A stretch of DNA of 64,000 nucleotides from Eubacteriales bacterium (GTDB taxonomy: Bacteria; Bacillota; Clostridia; Oscillospirales; CAG-272): NCBI GenBank assembly GCA_045594705.1, contig JAZNZB010000020.1, forward strand, positions 4,451-68,450, written 5' to 3'. The notes under the pieces were generated by a model that was not told where the DNA came from, made no database searches, and was given only the letters and a program-made list of their open reading frames with translations. Shown one piece after another: positions 18,134-26,045 of this stretch (positions are counted from its first letter, which is position 1; the number at the start of each line of letters is the position of its first letter). The position numbers and the translations under genes were made by a program.

Positions 18134-19594
18134 TTATTTTCCGCTCTCCACGATGCCGAAATAATCGCTCAAGAGCTTTTTGAGCTCGGGGAGATCATTC
18201 ATGATGTAGTACTCACAATCGGTTTGCAAGGGATTGATGCCGTATCCCTGACTGCGCACAATGACCGCATTCATATTGCAATACGCGGCATTCATCACGG
18301 TATAGCACATGCTGACCGAATCCTCGTTGGGATTGACCTTGGAAATCAGCGTATCGATCGCGGGTGTGGTGTGGTTGGCTGCCAGCACCGAGAGCACGTT
18401 GAGTGCCATGCCTGCATCTCCCTGCGCGCTGCGCGGGATACTCAACACTGTTCCGTCGTCAAAGGTGGAATGATATCCAAGCTCCTTATTATACATAGGC
18501 ACAGGCGCAACACACACCTCAAACTCGGATTTTGTGATCATGGCGCCGCTGCCGTCAAGTCCCGTAAAATGATCCAGCTCGGTTGCAAAGAACAGAGATC
18601 TTCCCTTCATGAACAGCTGCTCTGCCACCGCACTCTCGCGGGTCACGTTGCGGTATTCCGCCAGCCACTGTGCAAGCTCCACGCAAGTGCGATAGGTCTG
18701 CTCACCGGTGCTCTCTTCTGCAAACAGATCCACGCCACTGCCGTAAAACAGCGTATCTGCGCAGCCGTACTCGTCGTACATCGCGCCCCAGAAATCGTCG
18801 TCACTCCAGGTGCCGTCACCGTTGAGATCGGTTTTCACCTGTGTGCACAGCTCGTAAAAGAGCTCCATGGTCCATGCGTTTCCATATACGGTCTGAGTCA
18901 AGTCAAAGCCCATCTCGCGCATTTTTTCGTTGTTATAAACCAGGCAATCCAGCTCAAACTGCGCATATGGGGTCAGATATCCGGTAAAGACGTACTGCTT
19001 GCCGTTGATCTTCAGATCCTCGTTGAGTGCGTCAAACCAGCAGCCGTTATCCATCTCGAAGCCTGCCAGCGTCCCTGCGCTGTGGAATGCTCCGGTCATG
19101 GCGATATCCGCAATGCAGGAAACGGGGGTATAGCACAAAATCAGCGTTCCCGTGCCTGCCGTGGTTTCACTCAGGGCAATTTCAAAAATATCGGTCGTGG
19201 TCGGCGTGTACTTATGGTTGACTGCATATCCGTACAGATCCATAAATTGCTGATCTCTTGCCAGCACCGACTCATCGATGATCAAGGGCTCATAGGTATC
19301 CGAAGAGGGCTCGTTTTGCAAAAGCTCAAGGATCAGAACGTCGGTTTTGAGATCAAGGCTGTCGGGGAAGCCGTAAAGCTCCTCGCCCGGGCCCATTGTC
19401 ACGGGGAACTCCTGCTCGGGGGGCTGCTCCACAGGCGGAATGGGATAGAACGGATCCACGTCCACACCGGGCAGATCCAGCTTTCCAAGCAGCTCGCCAA
19501 CAAGACCGCCGGCTTCAAAATCCGCAAAGCCGCATGCCGTCAGCGCACACGTAAGCATCAGGCACAAAAGCGCGATCGCAATTCTTTTCTTCAT
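18134..19594 (-). CDS. Solute-binding-protein-like lipoprotein, paralog A1
   Basis: Lipobox LTACG. Shares CxFADFE.GGLVGELLG with A2, plus a DLNGDG motif and overall similarity to the B paralogs. Resembles large LplA/YtcQ-type family-1 SBPs (judged by eye). Confidence 0.7.
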   Translation of the reverse strand: MKKRIAIALLCLMLTCALTACGFADFEAGGLVGELLGKLDLPGVDVDPFYPIPPVEQPPEQEFPVTMGPGEELYGFPDSLDLKTDVLILELLQNEPSSDTYEPLIIDESVLARDQQFMDLYGYAVNHKYTPTTTDIFEIALSETTAGTGTLILCYTPVSCIADIAMTGAFHSAGTLAGFEMDNGCWFDALNEDLKINGKQYVFTGYLTPYAQFELDCLVYNNEKMREMGFDLTQTVYGNAWTMELFYELCTQVKTDLNGDGTWSDDDFWGAMYDEYGCADTLFYGSGVDLFAEESTGEQTYRTCVELAQWLAEYRNVTRESAVAEQLFMKGRSLFFATELDHFTGLDGSGAMITKSEFEVCVAPVPMYNKELGYHSTFDDGTVLSIPRSAQGDAGMALNVLSVLAANHTTPAIDTLISKVNPNEDSVSMCYTVMNAAYCNMNAVIVRSQGYGINPLQTDCEYYIMNDLPELKKLLSDYFGIVESGK

Positions 19595-19613
19595 AAGCAG
19601 ATTCTCCTTGGGC

Positions 19614-21209
19614 TCAATTTGTCACGTTCTCCATTTGCGCACAGAACTTATCAAGCTGCTTTGCAAACGATTTCTCGAATTTCTTCCAAACCGAGCTGAG
19701 CGAAGAGTTACCATTCTCCAACGCAGTGCGGAACAGCATGACCTTCTCACTATCCGTGGTAGCCATGTAATTGCAACCGAAATCAAAGGTCTTGGTCTCC
19801 AGGATCAGCTGCAGCATTTCGGTATCCTCCGGGGTAGCGCAGATGCGCATGGAGAGATCAAAATCATACAAGCCCTGGTTCAGCTGAGCCATAGCCTCCA
19901 GCGCATATCCCACAAACTCCTGATCGTGCGCGCTCTGCGGCACCATCACCGCCGTCGCGTTGCAATCCACGTAAGAGCGATAGTCCTTTACGTCCAGATC
20001 CGCCTTGGGATACGGAATGATTCCGAATTGCCCGGATGCGATGGCCATATTCATTGCCTTCTCCAGCGTTGCACCATAGAACAGTGCTCTGCCATCCGCA
20101 AAGGCCTTCTCGGGAACTTGCAGGCGGTCATAATCCTGCATGACGTCATTCATTGTAACCCATACCGACGCAGCGTTGTTGACCATGCTGTAAAGCACGT
20201 CGTACGGCCACGAGATCTGATCCATATTGGTATTGATCACGGGGATCTGCGCATCGTCCTTGACAAGCATGGACACGCCCGCACCCGTTGCAAAGGCTTG
20301 TGCACCATCAAACGTAGAAACGTAAGCGAACAGATCCGCGTCGGGATCCACCACAGCATTGTTGTTGAGATCCTCGTAGTTGTTCTCCACCATGGCAAGC
20401 ATCTTTTCCATGGTCCAGCCGCCTTCCATCACGTAGCTGTACATATCGATCTGATGTTGCGCGGCAAGATCGACGTTATACAGGATGACCGAGGTCTTGA
20501 GCATAGCGTCGGGCGTGATCACGCCTGTTGCCATGGGCAAATACGAGCCGAATGCCAGACCGTTGTATATATCCTCATCCCAACGGTCATTCGTCAGATC
20601 CACCCAAGGAAGGCCGGACAGATTGACCAAAGAACCGTTCTGCGCCAAGGGCGCGCCATCGCGGGCAATTGATCCGAATACGATATCAAAGCTTCCTTTA
20701 CCGGACATCACGTCGTTGCGCACCTGATCGTAAAGCAGGTCCTGCTCTATCAGAACGCCGTCTATTTCAATGCCGTAATAAGCCGTCACGACCTGATTGC
20801 GCGCATACGAAGCATCCGCTACGATATTGTCGCTTCTTTCTGCTCCAAGATCGTGCTCATGAATGCCAAGCAGCGTCAGTCTCTGGTCGGAATACCGATC
20901 CATGGGCAGCTCGACCCAAGGGCCGTCGGTCTCGATTTCCACGTACGTGACGTCCTCTGTCGCGATTTCAGTCTCGTCCCACCAGATATGATCGGTTCCC
21001 CAATCCACGTCGGTCACAATTTCTCCGATATTGACGTCTGTTTCGGCAATTCCCGGCTCGATCTCACCAAGGATATCTTCACCAGGCAGATCGATATTTC
21101 CAAGCAACTCGCCCACAAGCCCTCCGATTTCAAAATCAGCAAAGCTGCAAGCGGTCATTGCACAGGTCAGTGTCAAGCACAAAAGTGCGATCGCAAGTCT
21201 CTTTTTCAT
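19614..21209 (-). CDS. Solute-binding-protein-like lipoprotein, paralog A2
   Basis: ATG at 21209 is preceded by AGGAGG (the track start is a TTG 6 nt upstream). Lipobox MTACS. 19-nt gap to A1, so the two are probably co-transcribed. Confidence 0.7.
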   Translation of the reverse strand: MKKRLAIALLCLTLTCAMTACSFADFEIGGLVGELLGNIDLPGEDILGEIEPGIAETDVNIGEIVTDVDWGTDHIWWDETEIATEDVTYVEIETDGPWVELPMDRYSDQRLTLLGIHEHDLGAERSDNIVADASYARNQVVTAYYGIEIDGVLIEQDLLYDQVRNDVMSGKGSFDIVFGSIARDGAPLAQNGSLVNLSGLPWVDLTNDRWDEDIYNGLAFGSYLPMATGVITPDAMLKTSVILYNVDLAAQHQIDMYSYVMEGGWTMEKMLAMVENNYEDLNNNAVVDPDADLFAYVSTFDGAQAFATGAGVSMLVKDDAQIPVINTNMDQISWPYDVLYSMVNNAASVWVTMNDVMQDYDRLQVPEKAFADGRALFYGATLEKAMNMAIASGQFGIIPYPKADLDVKDYRSYVDCNATAVMVPQSAHDQEFVGYALEAMAQLNQGLYDFDLSMRICATPEDTEMLQLILETKTFDFGCNYMATTDSEKVMLFRTALENGNSSLSSVWKKFEKSFAKQLDKFCAQMENVTN

Positions 21210-21242
21210 ACGCAAGGCCTCCTTTGTTCGGTCTTTGATTTT

Positions 21243-21271
21243 ATTTTAGCAGATTTTTCCCGATTTGTAAA
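21243..21271 (-). promoter_or_regulatory. Sigma-A-type promoter for the A2-A1 lipoprotein pair
   Basis: On the minus strand: TTTACA, 17 nt, TAAAAT. Confidence 0.5.
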
Positions 21272-21312
21272 TAGAAATAATATACCCTTTACTTATATAG
21301 ACGCCAAAAATG

Positions 21313-21350
21313 CAAAAAGGTTCCGCGAAATCAAGAAAAATTTCGCGGAA
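21313..21350 (-). terminator. Terminator after the metallophosphoesterase gene
   Basis: TTCCGCGAAAT-8 nt-ATTTCGCGGAA, an 11-bp stem followed on the minus strand by CCTTTTTGC. Confidence 0.6.
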
Positions 21351-21404
21351 TCTTGAAAAATTTTCAATTTGCGGGGCATTATCATGAAGTTAAGTAGCAA
21401 AGGT

Positions 21405-21528
21405 GTCCCGCCTCAAGATCCTTCGCGGCGCATTTTTTCGCAAGCTCCGTACAGCGGAGCAATTCATCCTCGAGCGCAGCGAAGGATCTTGGCGAAAAAT
21501 GCTTGCTCAAGGATGACAGAGGCGGGAC
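21405..21528. repeat. Second copy of the long palindromic element core (homologous to 7921..8056)
   Basis: Arms GTCCCGCCTC...GAGGCGGGAC. Shares AAGATCCTTCGCGGCGCATT, AAGCTCCG...AGCGGAG and ATGCTTGCTC.AGGATGACAG.GGCGGGA with copy 1. The left flank, 21371..21404, also resembles the outer arm of copy 1. Confidence 0.8.
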
Positions 21529-21542
21529 AGGGCTTTCTTGAC

Positions 21543-22370
21543 TCAGTCACATGGATTTGCGGGAATCAGCGTGATCTTGCGCGAGATACCGAGGTACGCG
21601 CCACCTGTGATATACTGCACAAGCCCGGGGGCAAGCTCGTCCTCGTGCGAAAAATGCAAGTGCCCCGCGATCACAGCGGCAATGCCCGACGCGGGATCGC
21701 GTACGTACTCGCAAAACGCCGCCGTTGCCTCGTTTTTGAGGATCGCACCGGGGCCTATGTTGATATTTCTGCGCCAATCGCGCACCGTATCGTCATGCAG
21801 CGAAGGGCAATTGATGGGAATATGCACGCAAAGCAGGATCGGCTTGCCCTTCTCTCTCAATTCCTTCAGAAAATCAATATCTTCTTGCTGCACGCACTCC
21901 ATGCCGTCGTCGATACCCGCCACGATCAGATCGGGATACTCCAGATAGTGCCGCGCGACCGCACCGTCCGAAAGTGCTGTAAACTTGCCATAGTGCTGCG
22001 CTCTTGCCCCCTCGGTATGATAATCGTCCGAATACGACCAATCGTGATTGCCTATGACAAACATGGTCCCCAGGCCGCCTGCCCCGATCTCGCGATACAA
22101 ATCGCGCACATTTGGGTCGCTTGGCGTATCCACAATATCCCCGGTCATGAGCATCAGATCTGCGCCCCATTCGCGCGCATCGGCATAAAAGCCCTGCAGT
22201 CTTTTCACACAAGGCGTGCCGTCGGTTTCAAAAATACATCTTGCACGCAAGGCCGCCTCGTCGTGGCGAAACTGCGGGTCATTCTCGCCCATCCCCGTCA
22301 GATGCAGATCGGTGATATGATACAGCTTGTACGTATGCCGTAAGCCCTTGATGGCAATGGTGGTTTCCAT
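21543..22370 (-). CDS. Calcineurin-like metallophosphoesterase
   Basis: Start refined to METTIAIKG (ATG at 22370, AGGAG upstream). Motifs ITDLHL, GDIVD, GNHDW and GHLH. Confidence 0.8.
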   Translation of the reverse strand: METTIAIKGLRHTYKLYHITDLHLTGMGENDPQFRHDEAALRARCIFETDGTPCVKRLQGFYADAREWGADLMLMTGDIVDTPSDPNVRDLYREIGAGGLGTMFVIGNHDWSYSDDYHTEGARAQHYGKFTALSDGAVARHYLEYPDLIVAGIDDGMECVQQEDIDFLKELREKGKPILLCVHIPINCPSLHDDTVRDWRRNINIGPGAILKNEATAAFCEYVRDPASGIAAVIAGHLHFSHEDELAPGLVQYITGGAYLGISRKITLIPANPCD

Positions 22371-22380
22371 ATGCTTCTCC

Positions 22381-22662
22381 TTAGCCGAACGAGAGTCGAA
22401 CCAAGTTGGTTTTGACGGGCAGATTTGTCCGATCCCTTCATCTTTTCCCTTGGACATATTGCCTATATGCCCCGCGGGAAAAGCTTTTGGGCTCGAAAAA
22501 ATCTGCTGCGTCAAAACTGCTCGCACCCGTCGGCGAATGCATTTTTGATAGATTTTGGTGTGATTTTGCGCAGCAAGATACAAATCTTGCAAGCGAAAGC
22601 GCGCCGAAAGATGCGAAAATGCATCGTCGTCGGGCAATTCGGTTCGATTCCCGTTCGGCTAA
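22381..22662. mobile_element. MITE-like 282-bp element with 22-bp terminal inverted repeats and no ORF
   Basis: Left TTAGCCGAACGAGAGTCGAACC and right GGTTCGATTCCCGTTCGGCTAA pair at 20 of 22 positions. The interior is full of short hairpins. It fills the gap between the B1 stop and the metallophosphoesterase RBS. Confidence 0.45.
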
Positions 22663-22709
22663 ACAAGAGGCTACCCTTGCGGATAGCCCCTGTTTGCTTG
22701 CGTTTTCAA

Positions 22710-24179
22710 TTAGTAATCGTAGCCGTAAGCCTCGTAGATTTTTTTCAGAGCCTTATTGGTCTGCTTTTCGCTCGTGGTAATGTCTCTGGTGATAGAGGCA
22801 CTCTTGTTGTTGAGCGCGGTCTGAGCGATGGATGCGCAAGGCAGGCCGTCGTTGTGGAAGTGGGTATAGCCAAAGTCGAATACTCTGTGACGAATGATGA
22901 CGTCAACCATCTCAGCGGACTCCTCGTCACGTGCGTTCTTGGACTTAGCAACCTTATCATACAACGTATCGGATACCATGTAGTAAGAGGTGGAAGCCAG
23001 AACCTCCAGCATGTAGCCGGCGTCTGCCAGAGCCTCCTCGGAAAGGCTCTTGGGTACGCATGCGGTGGAAGCTGCACCGTTGACAAAGCTCAGGTACTCT
23101 TCCTGCTTCTCGTCGTACTTGGGCTGAGGCAGAATACCGAACTCATTCTCCATCTCACGGAAACCCGTGCAATCGGACAGGGAGCCTGCAAAGAACAGCG
23201 CTCTGCCTGCCTTGAATACGTTCGCGGGCTCCTGATACATCGAGTTGTTTGCAAGGTACTCGTTAACGGTTACGTGGAAGGACTGCTGGGTCACGATCAG
23301 CTCGTAGATCTTTTCGTAAACGGTCTGCAGTCTGTCGGTATTGGGCTGGTATACGGGCAGGTGGTCCTCGTCAAAGGTGAACATGGTGCAGCCTGCACCG
23401 AACCAGAAGTTGTAGTCGCATGCCAACGACCAACCTACAAGACCGTAGAAGTCGTCGGTGTAGTTGACTTTACCGTCACCGTTGAGGTCACGGGTCTGAT
23501 CCTTGGTGATTTCCAGCATGTCATCAATGGTCCAAGTGCCGTCTCTTGCATCATCGTAGGGATAATCAAGGCTTTGCTCGTCGAACAGGGACTTGTTGAA
23601 AATCATGGCAGCGGTAATCATCATGGAGGAAGGCAGCAGGTCGCCGCACACCACGAACATGTTGTCACCGAACATAAAGCCGTTCTTGCAGTCCTGGTCC
23701 CACCAAGGGTTGTCAAAGTTGACGTACTCCAGGTCGGTCAGGTTATACAGGCAGTTACCCATACCCAGGTTGGTAGCAGCGTTTACCATGTGCTGGTAAA
23801 CGATGTGGTATTCACCACTACCGGAGCTGACGTCGTTCTTGACCTTGTCGCCAAGTGCAACGTAGTCAAGCTCAAGCAGAGGATTGAGCGTTACACCGTA
23901 GAAGTTCTGGATCTTGTCGTTTCTTCTGTAAACGGCGTCCTCCAGGGGGTCGGATTTGTCCGGCTCCTCTGCGCCCATATCGGTCTCGGAGTTTGCAAGA
24001 ATATTGATCTCCTTGCCCTTCAGACCCTCGTTGGGCTCCAGATCGGGGCTGACCCAGTTGGTCTCTTCCTCGGTGGAGGCATCGGTAGAGGTATCCTCAT
24101 TCCCCGTCTCCGCACAAGCAGCGAACACACTGATCAGCATCAGGCCGCACAAAAGCATAGCGAAAAGCTTCTTGTACAT
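22710..24179 (-). CDS. Solute-binding-protein-like lipoprotein, paralog B1
   Basis: 489 aa. Lipobox VFAACAE. Motifs WWDQDCKNGF and DLNGDGK. Has its own promoter and terminator. Nearly identical to B2. Confidence 0.75.
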   Translation of the reverse strand: MYKKLFAMLLCGLMLISVFAACAETGNEDTSTDASTEEETNWVSPDLEPNEGLKGKEINILANSETDMGAEEPDKSDPLEDAVYRRNDKIQNFYGVTLNPLLELDYVALGDKVKNDVSSGSGEYHIVYQHMVNAATNLGMGNCLYNLTDLEYVNFDNPWWDQDCKNGFMFGDNMFVVCGDLLPSSMMITAAMIFNKSLFDEQSLDYPYDDARDGTWTIDDMLEITKDQTRDLNGDGKVNYTDDFYGLVGWSLACDYNFWFGAGCTMFTFDEDHLPVYQPNTDRLQTVYEKIYELIVTQQSFHVTVNEYLANNSMYQEPANVFKAGRALFFAGSLSDCTGFREMENEFGILPQPKYDEKQEEYLSFVNGAASTACVPKSLSEEALADAGYMLEVLASTSYYMVSDTLYDKVAKSKNARDEESAEMVDVIIRHRVFDFGYTHFHNDGLPCASIAQTALNNKSASITRDITTSEKQTNKALKKIYEAYGYDY

Positions 24180-24224
24180 ACTTGTTTCCTTCTTTCATAA
24201 TATTTTGCATAGGTATACGCATTC

Positions 24225-24253
24225 ATTTTATCACAAGAGTAAATTGTTGTCAA
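24225..24253 (-). promoter_or_regulatory. Sigma-A-type promoter for B1
   Basis: On the minus strand: TTGACA, 17 nt, TGaTAAAAT. Confidence 0.6.
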
Positions 24254-24326
24254 GGAAAAAGTCATTGATTGTCAAGAAAAGAGTCATTGATTGTCAAGAA
24301 AAGAGTCAATAATTGACAAGAATAAT
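24245..24326. repeat. About 3.5 tandem copies of a 22-bp unit upstream of B1, each carrying a TTGACAA box on the minus strand
   Basis: GTCATTGATTGTCAAGAAAAGA occurs at 24261..24282 and 24283..24304. Diverged copies lie at 24245..24260 and 24305..24326. Confidence 0.8.
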
Positions 24327-24356
24327 TTCGGCCACATTTTGTGCAATTTGACACAA

Positions 24357-24386
24357 ACAAAAAGAAACCCGCACGTGGCGGGTTTC
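24357..24386 (-). terminator. Terminator after B2
   Basis: GAAACCCGC-loop-GCGGGTTTC, followed on the minus strand by TTTTTGTTTG. Confidence 0.7.
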
Positions 24387-24408
24387 TTGGTGGGTATTCG
24401 AATATCAA

Positions 24409-25878
24409 TTAGTAATCGTAGCCGTATGCCTCGTAGATCTTTTTCAGAGCCTTATTGGTCTGCTTTTCGCTCTTGGTAATGTCTCTGGTGATAGAGGCAC
24501 TCTTGCTGTTGAGCGCGGTCTGAGCGATGGATGCGCAAGGCAGGCCGTCGTTGTGGAAGTGGGTATAGCCAAAGTCGAATACTCTGTGACGGATGATGAC
24601 GTCAACCATCTCAGCGGACTCCTCGTCACGTGCGTTCTTGGACTTAGCAACCTTATCATACAGCGTATCGGATACCATGTAGTAAGAGGTGGAAGCCAGA
24701 ACCTCCAGCATGTAGCCGGCGTCTGCCAGAGCCTCCTCGGAAAGGCTCTTGGGTACGCATGCGGTGGAAGCTGCGCCGTTGACAAAGCTCAGGTACTCTT
24801 CCTGCTTTTCATCATACTTGGGCTGAGGCAGGATACCGAATTCGTTCTCCATCTCGCGCAGACCCGTACCTGCGGACAGGTAGCCTGCAAAGAACAGTGC
24901 TCTGCCTGCCTTGAATACGTTGGTGGGCTCGGTGTACATGGAGTTGTTGGCCAGGTACTCCTGAACGGTCACGTGGAAGGACTGCTGAGTTACGATCAGC
25001 TCGTAGATCTTATCGTAGACGGTCTGCAGTCTGTCAGCGTTAGGCTGGTATACGGGCAGGTGATCCTCGTCAAAGGTGAACATGGTGCAGCCTGCGCCGA
25101 ACCAGAAGTTGTAGTCACAGTCGAGCGACCAGCCTACAAGGCCGTAGAAGTCGTCGGTGTAAAGTACCTTACCGTCACCGTTGAGGTCACGGGTCTGGTC
25201 CTTGGTCATCAGCAGCATGTCGTCGATGGTCCAGGTGCCGTCTCTTGCATCCTGGTAAGGATACTCAAGGCTCTGCTCGTCGAACAGATTCTTGTTGAAC
25301 ATAACGGCAGCGGTGATCATCATAGAGGAAGGCAGCAGGTCGCCGCAGACCACGAACATGTTGTCACCGAACATAAAGCCGTTCTTGCAGTCCTGGTCCC
25401 ACCAGGGGTTGTCAAAGTTGACGTACTCCAGGTCGGTCAGGTTATACAGGTTGCCACTGGTACCAAGGTTGGTAGCAGCGTCTACCATGTGCTGGTATAC
25501 GATGTGGTATTCACCACTGCCCGAGGTAACGTCGTTCTTGACCTTAGTGGAAAGTGCAGTGTAATCGGTCTCTGTGAGCGCATTGAGAGTCACGCCGTAG
25601 AAGTTTTGGATTTTGTCGTTTCTTCTGTAAACGGCGTCCTCCAGGGGATCGGATTTGTCCGGCTCTTCTGCACCCATATCGGTCTCATTCTGTGTAAGGA
25701 TGTTGATCTCCTTGCCCTTCAGACCCTCGTTGGGCTCCAGATCGGCACTGACCCAGTTGGTCTCTTCCTCGGTGGAGGCATCGGTAGAGGTATCCTCATT
25801 CCCCGTCTCCGCACAAGCAGCGAACACACTGATCAGCATCAGGCCGCACAAAAGCATAGCTAAAAGCTTCTTGTACAT
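24409..25878 (-). CDS. Solute-binding-protein-like lipoprotein, paralog B2 (recent duplicate of B1)
   Basis: 489 aa, same length and frame as B1. About 37 aa differences by manual alignment, clustered in the first two thirds. The last ~150 aa differ at only 2 positions. Confidence 0.75.
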   Translation of the reverse strand: MYKKLLAMLLCGLMLISVFAACAETGNEDTSTDASTEEETNWVSADLEPNEGLKGKEINILTQNETDMGAEEPDKSDPLEDAVYRRNDKIQNFYGVTLNALTETDYTALSTKVKNDVTSGSGEYHIVYQHMVDAATNLGTSGNLYNLTDLEYVNFDNPWWDQDCKNGFMFGDNMFVVCGDLLPSSMMITAAVMFNKNLFDEQSLEYPYQDARDGTWTIDDMLLMTKDQTRDLNGDGKVLYTDDFYGLVGWSLDCDYNFWFGAGCTMFTFDEDHLPVYQPNADRLQTVYDKIYELIVTQQSFHVTVQEYLANNSMYTEPTNVFKAGRALFFAGYLSAGTGLREMENEFGILPQPKYDEKQEEYLSFVNGAASTACVPKSLSEEALADAGYMLEVLASTSYYMVSDTLYDKVAKSKNARDEESAEMVDVIIRHRVFDFGYTHFHNDGLPCASIAQTALNSKSASITRDITKSEKQTNKALKKIYEAYGYDY

Positions 25879-25923
25879 ACTTGTTTCCTTCTTTCATAAT
25901 ATTTTGCATAGGTATACATTTAC

Positions 25924-25952
25924 ATTCTACCACAAGAGGCTGTTCTTGTCAA
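25924..25952 (-). promoter_or_regulatory. Sigma-A-type promoter for B2
   Basis: On the minus strand: TTGACA, 17 nt, TGgTAGAAT. Confidence 0.6.
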
Positions 25953-25993
25953 GAAAAATTTTCATCCCCGATTTTGTGCAGATTGACAAAGGC

Positions 25994-26026
25994 AAAAATC
26001 GAAGCCTGCACCGCGGTGCAGGCTTC
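25994..26026 (-). terminator. Terminator after B3
   Basis: GAAGCCTGCACC-gc-GGTGCAGGCTTC, a 12-bp stem followed on the minus strand by GATTTTT. Confidence 0.7.
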
Positions 26027-26045
26027 TCTTCTTTGTTTCGTTTTA

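Larger units (their letters stand above)
22703..25921. repeat. Tandem segmental duplication: two ~1520-bp units (22703..24222 and 24402..25921), each carrying a lipoprotein gene and its 5' leader
   Basis: The period is exactly 1699 bp for both start and stop codons. Identity is near-perfect at the 3' (C-terminal) ~450 bp and across the leader and N-terminus. The middle is more diverged. Confidence 0.9.

Noticed and set aside
22641-22662. GGTTCGATTCC in the right end of the 282-bp element resembles a tRNA T-loop.
   Set aside because: The flanking bases give only a 2-bp T-stem and no acceptor or anticodon arms can be drawn. The same sequence is simply the inverted copy of the left terminus.
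22703-25921. A diversity-generating retroelement or invertible phase-variation switch acting on B1/B2.
   Set aside because: There is no reverse transcriptase, no template-repeat pattern of adenine-specific changes, and no invertase or flanking inverted repeats. Plain tandem duplication with divergence or conversion is sufficient.
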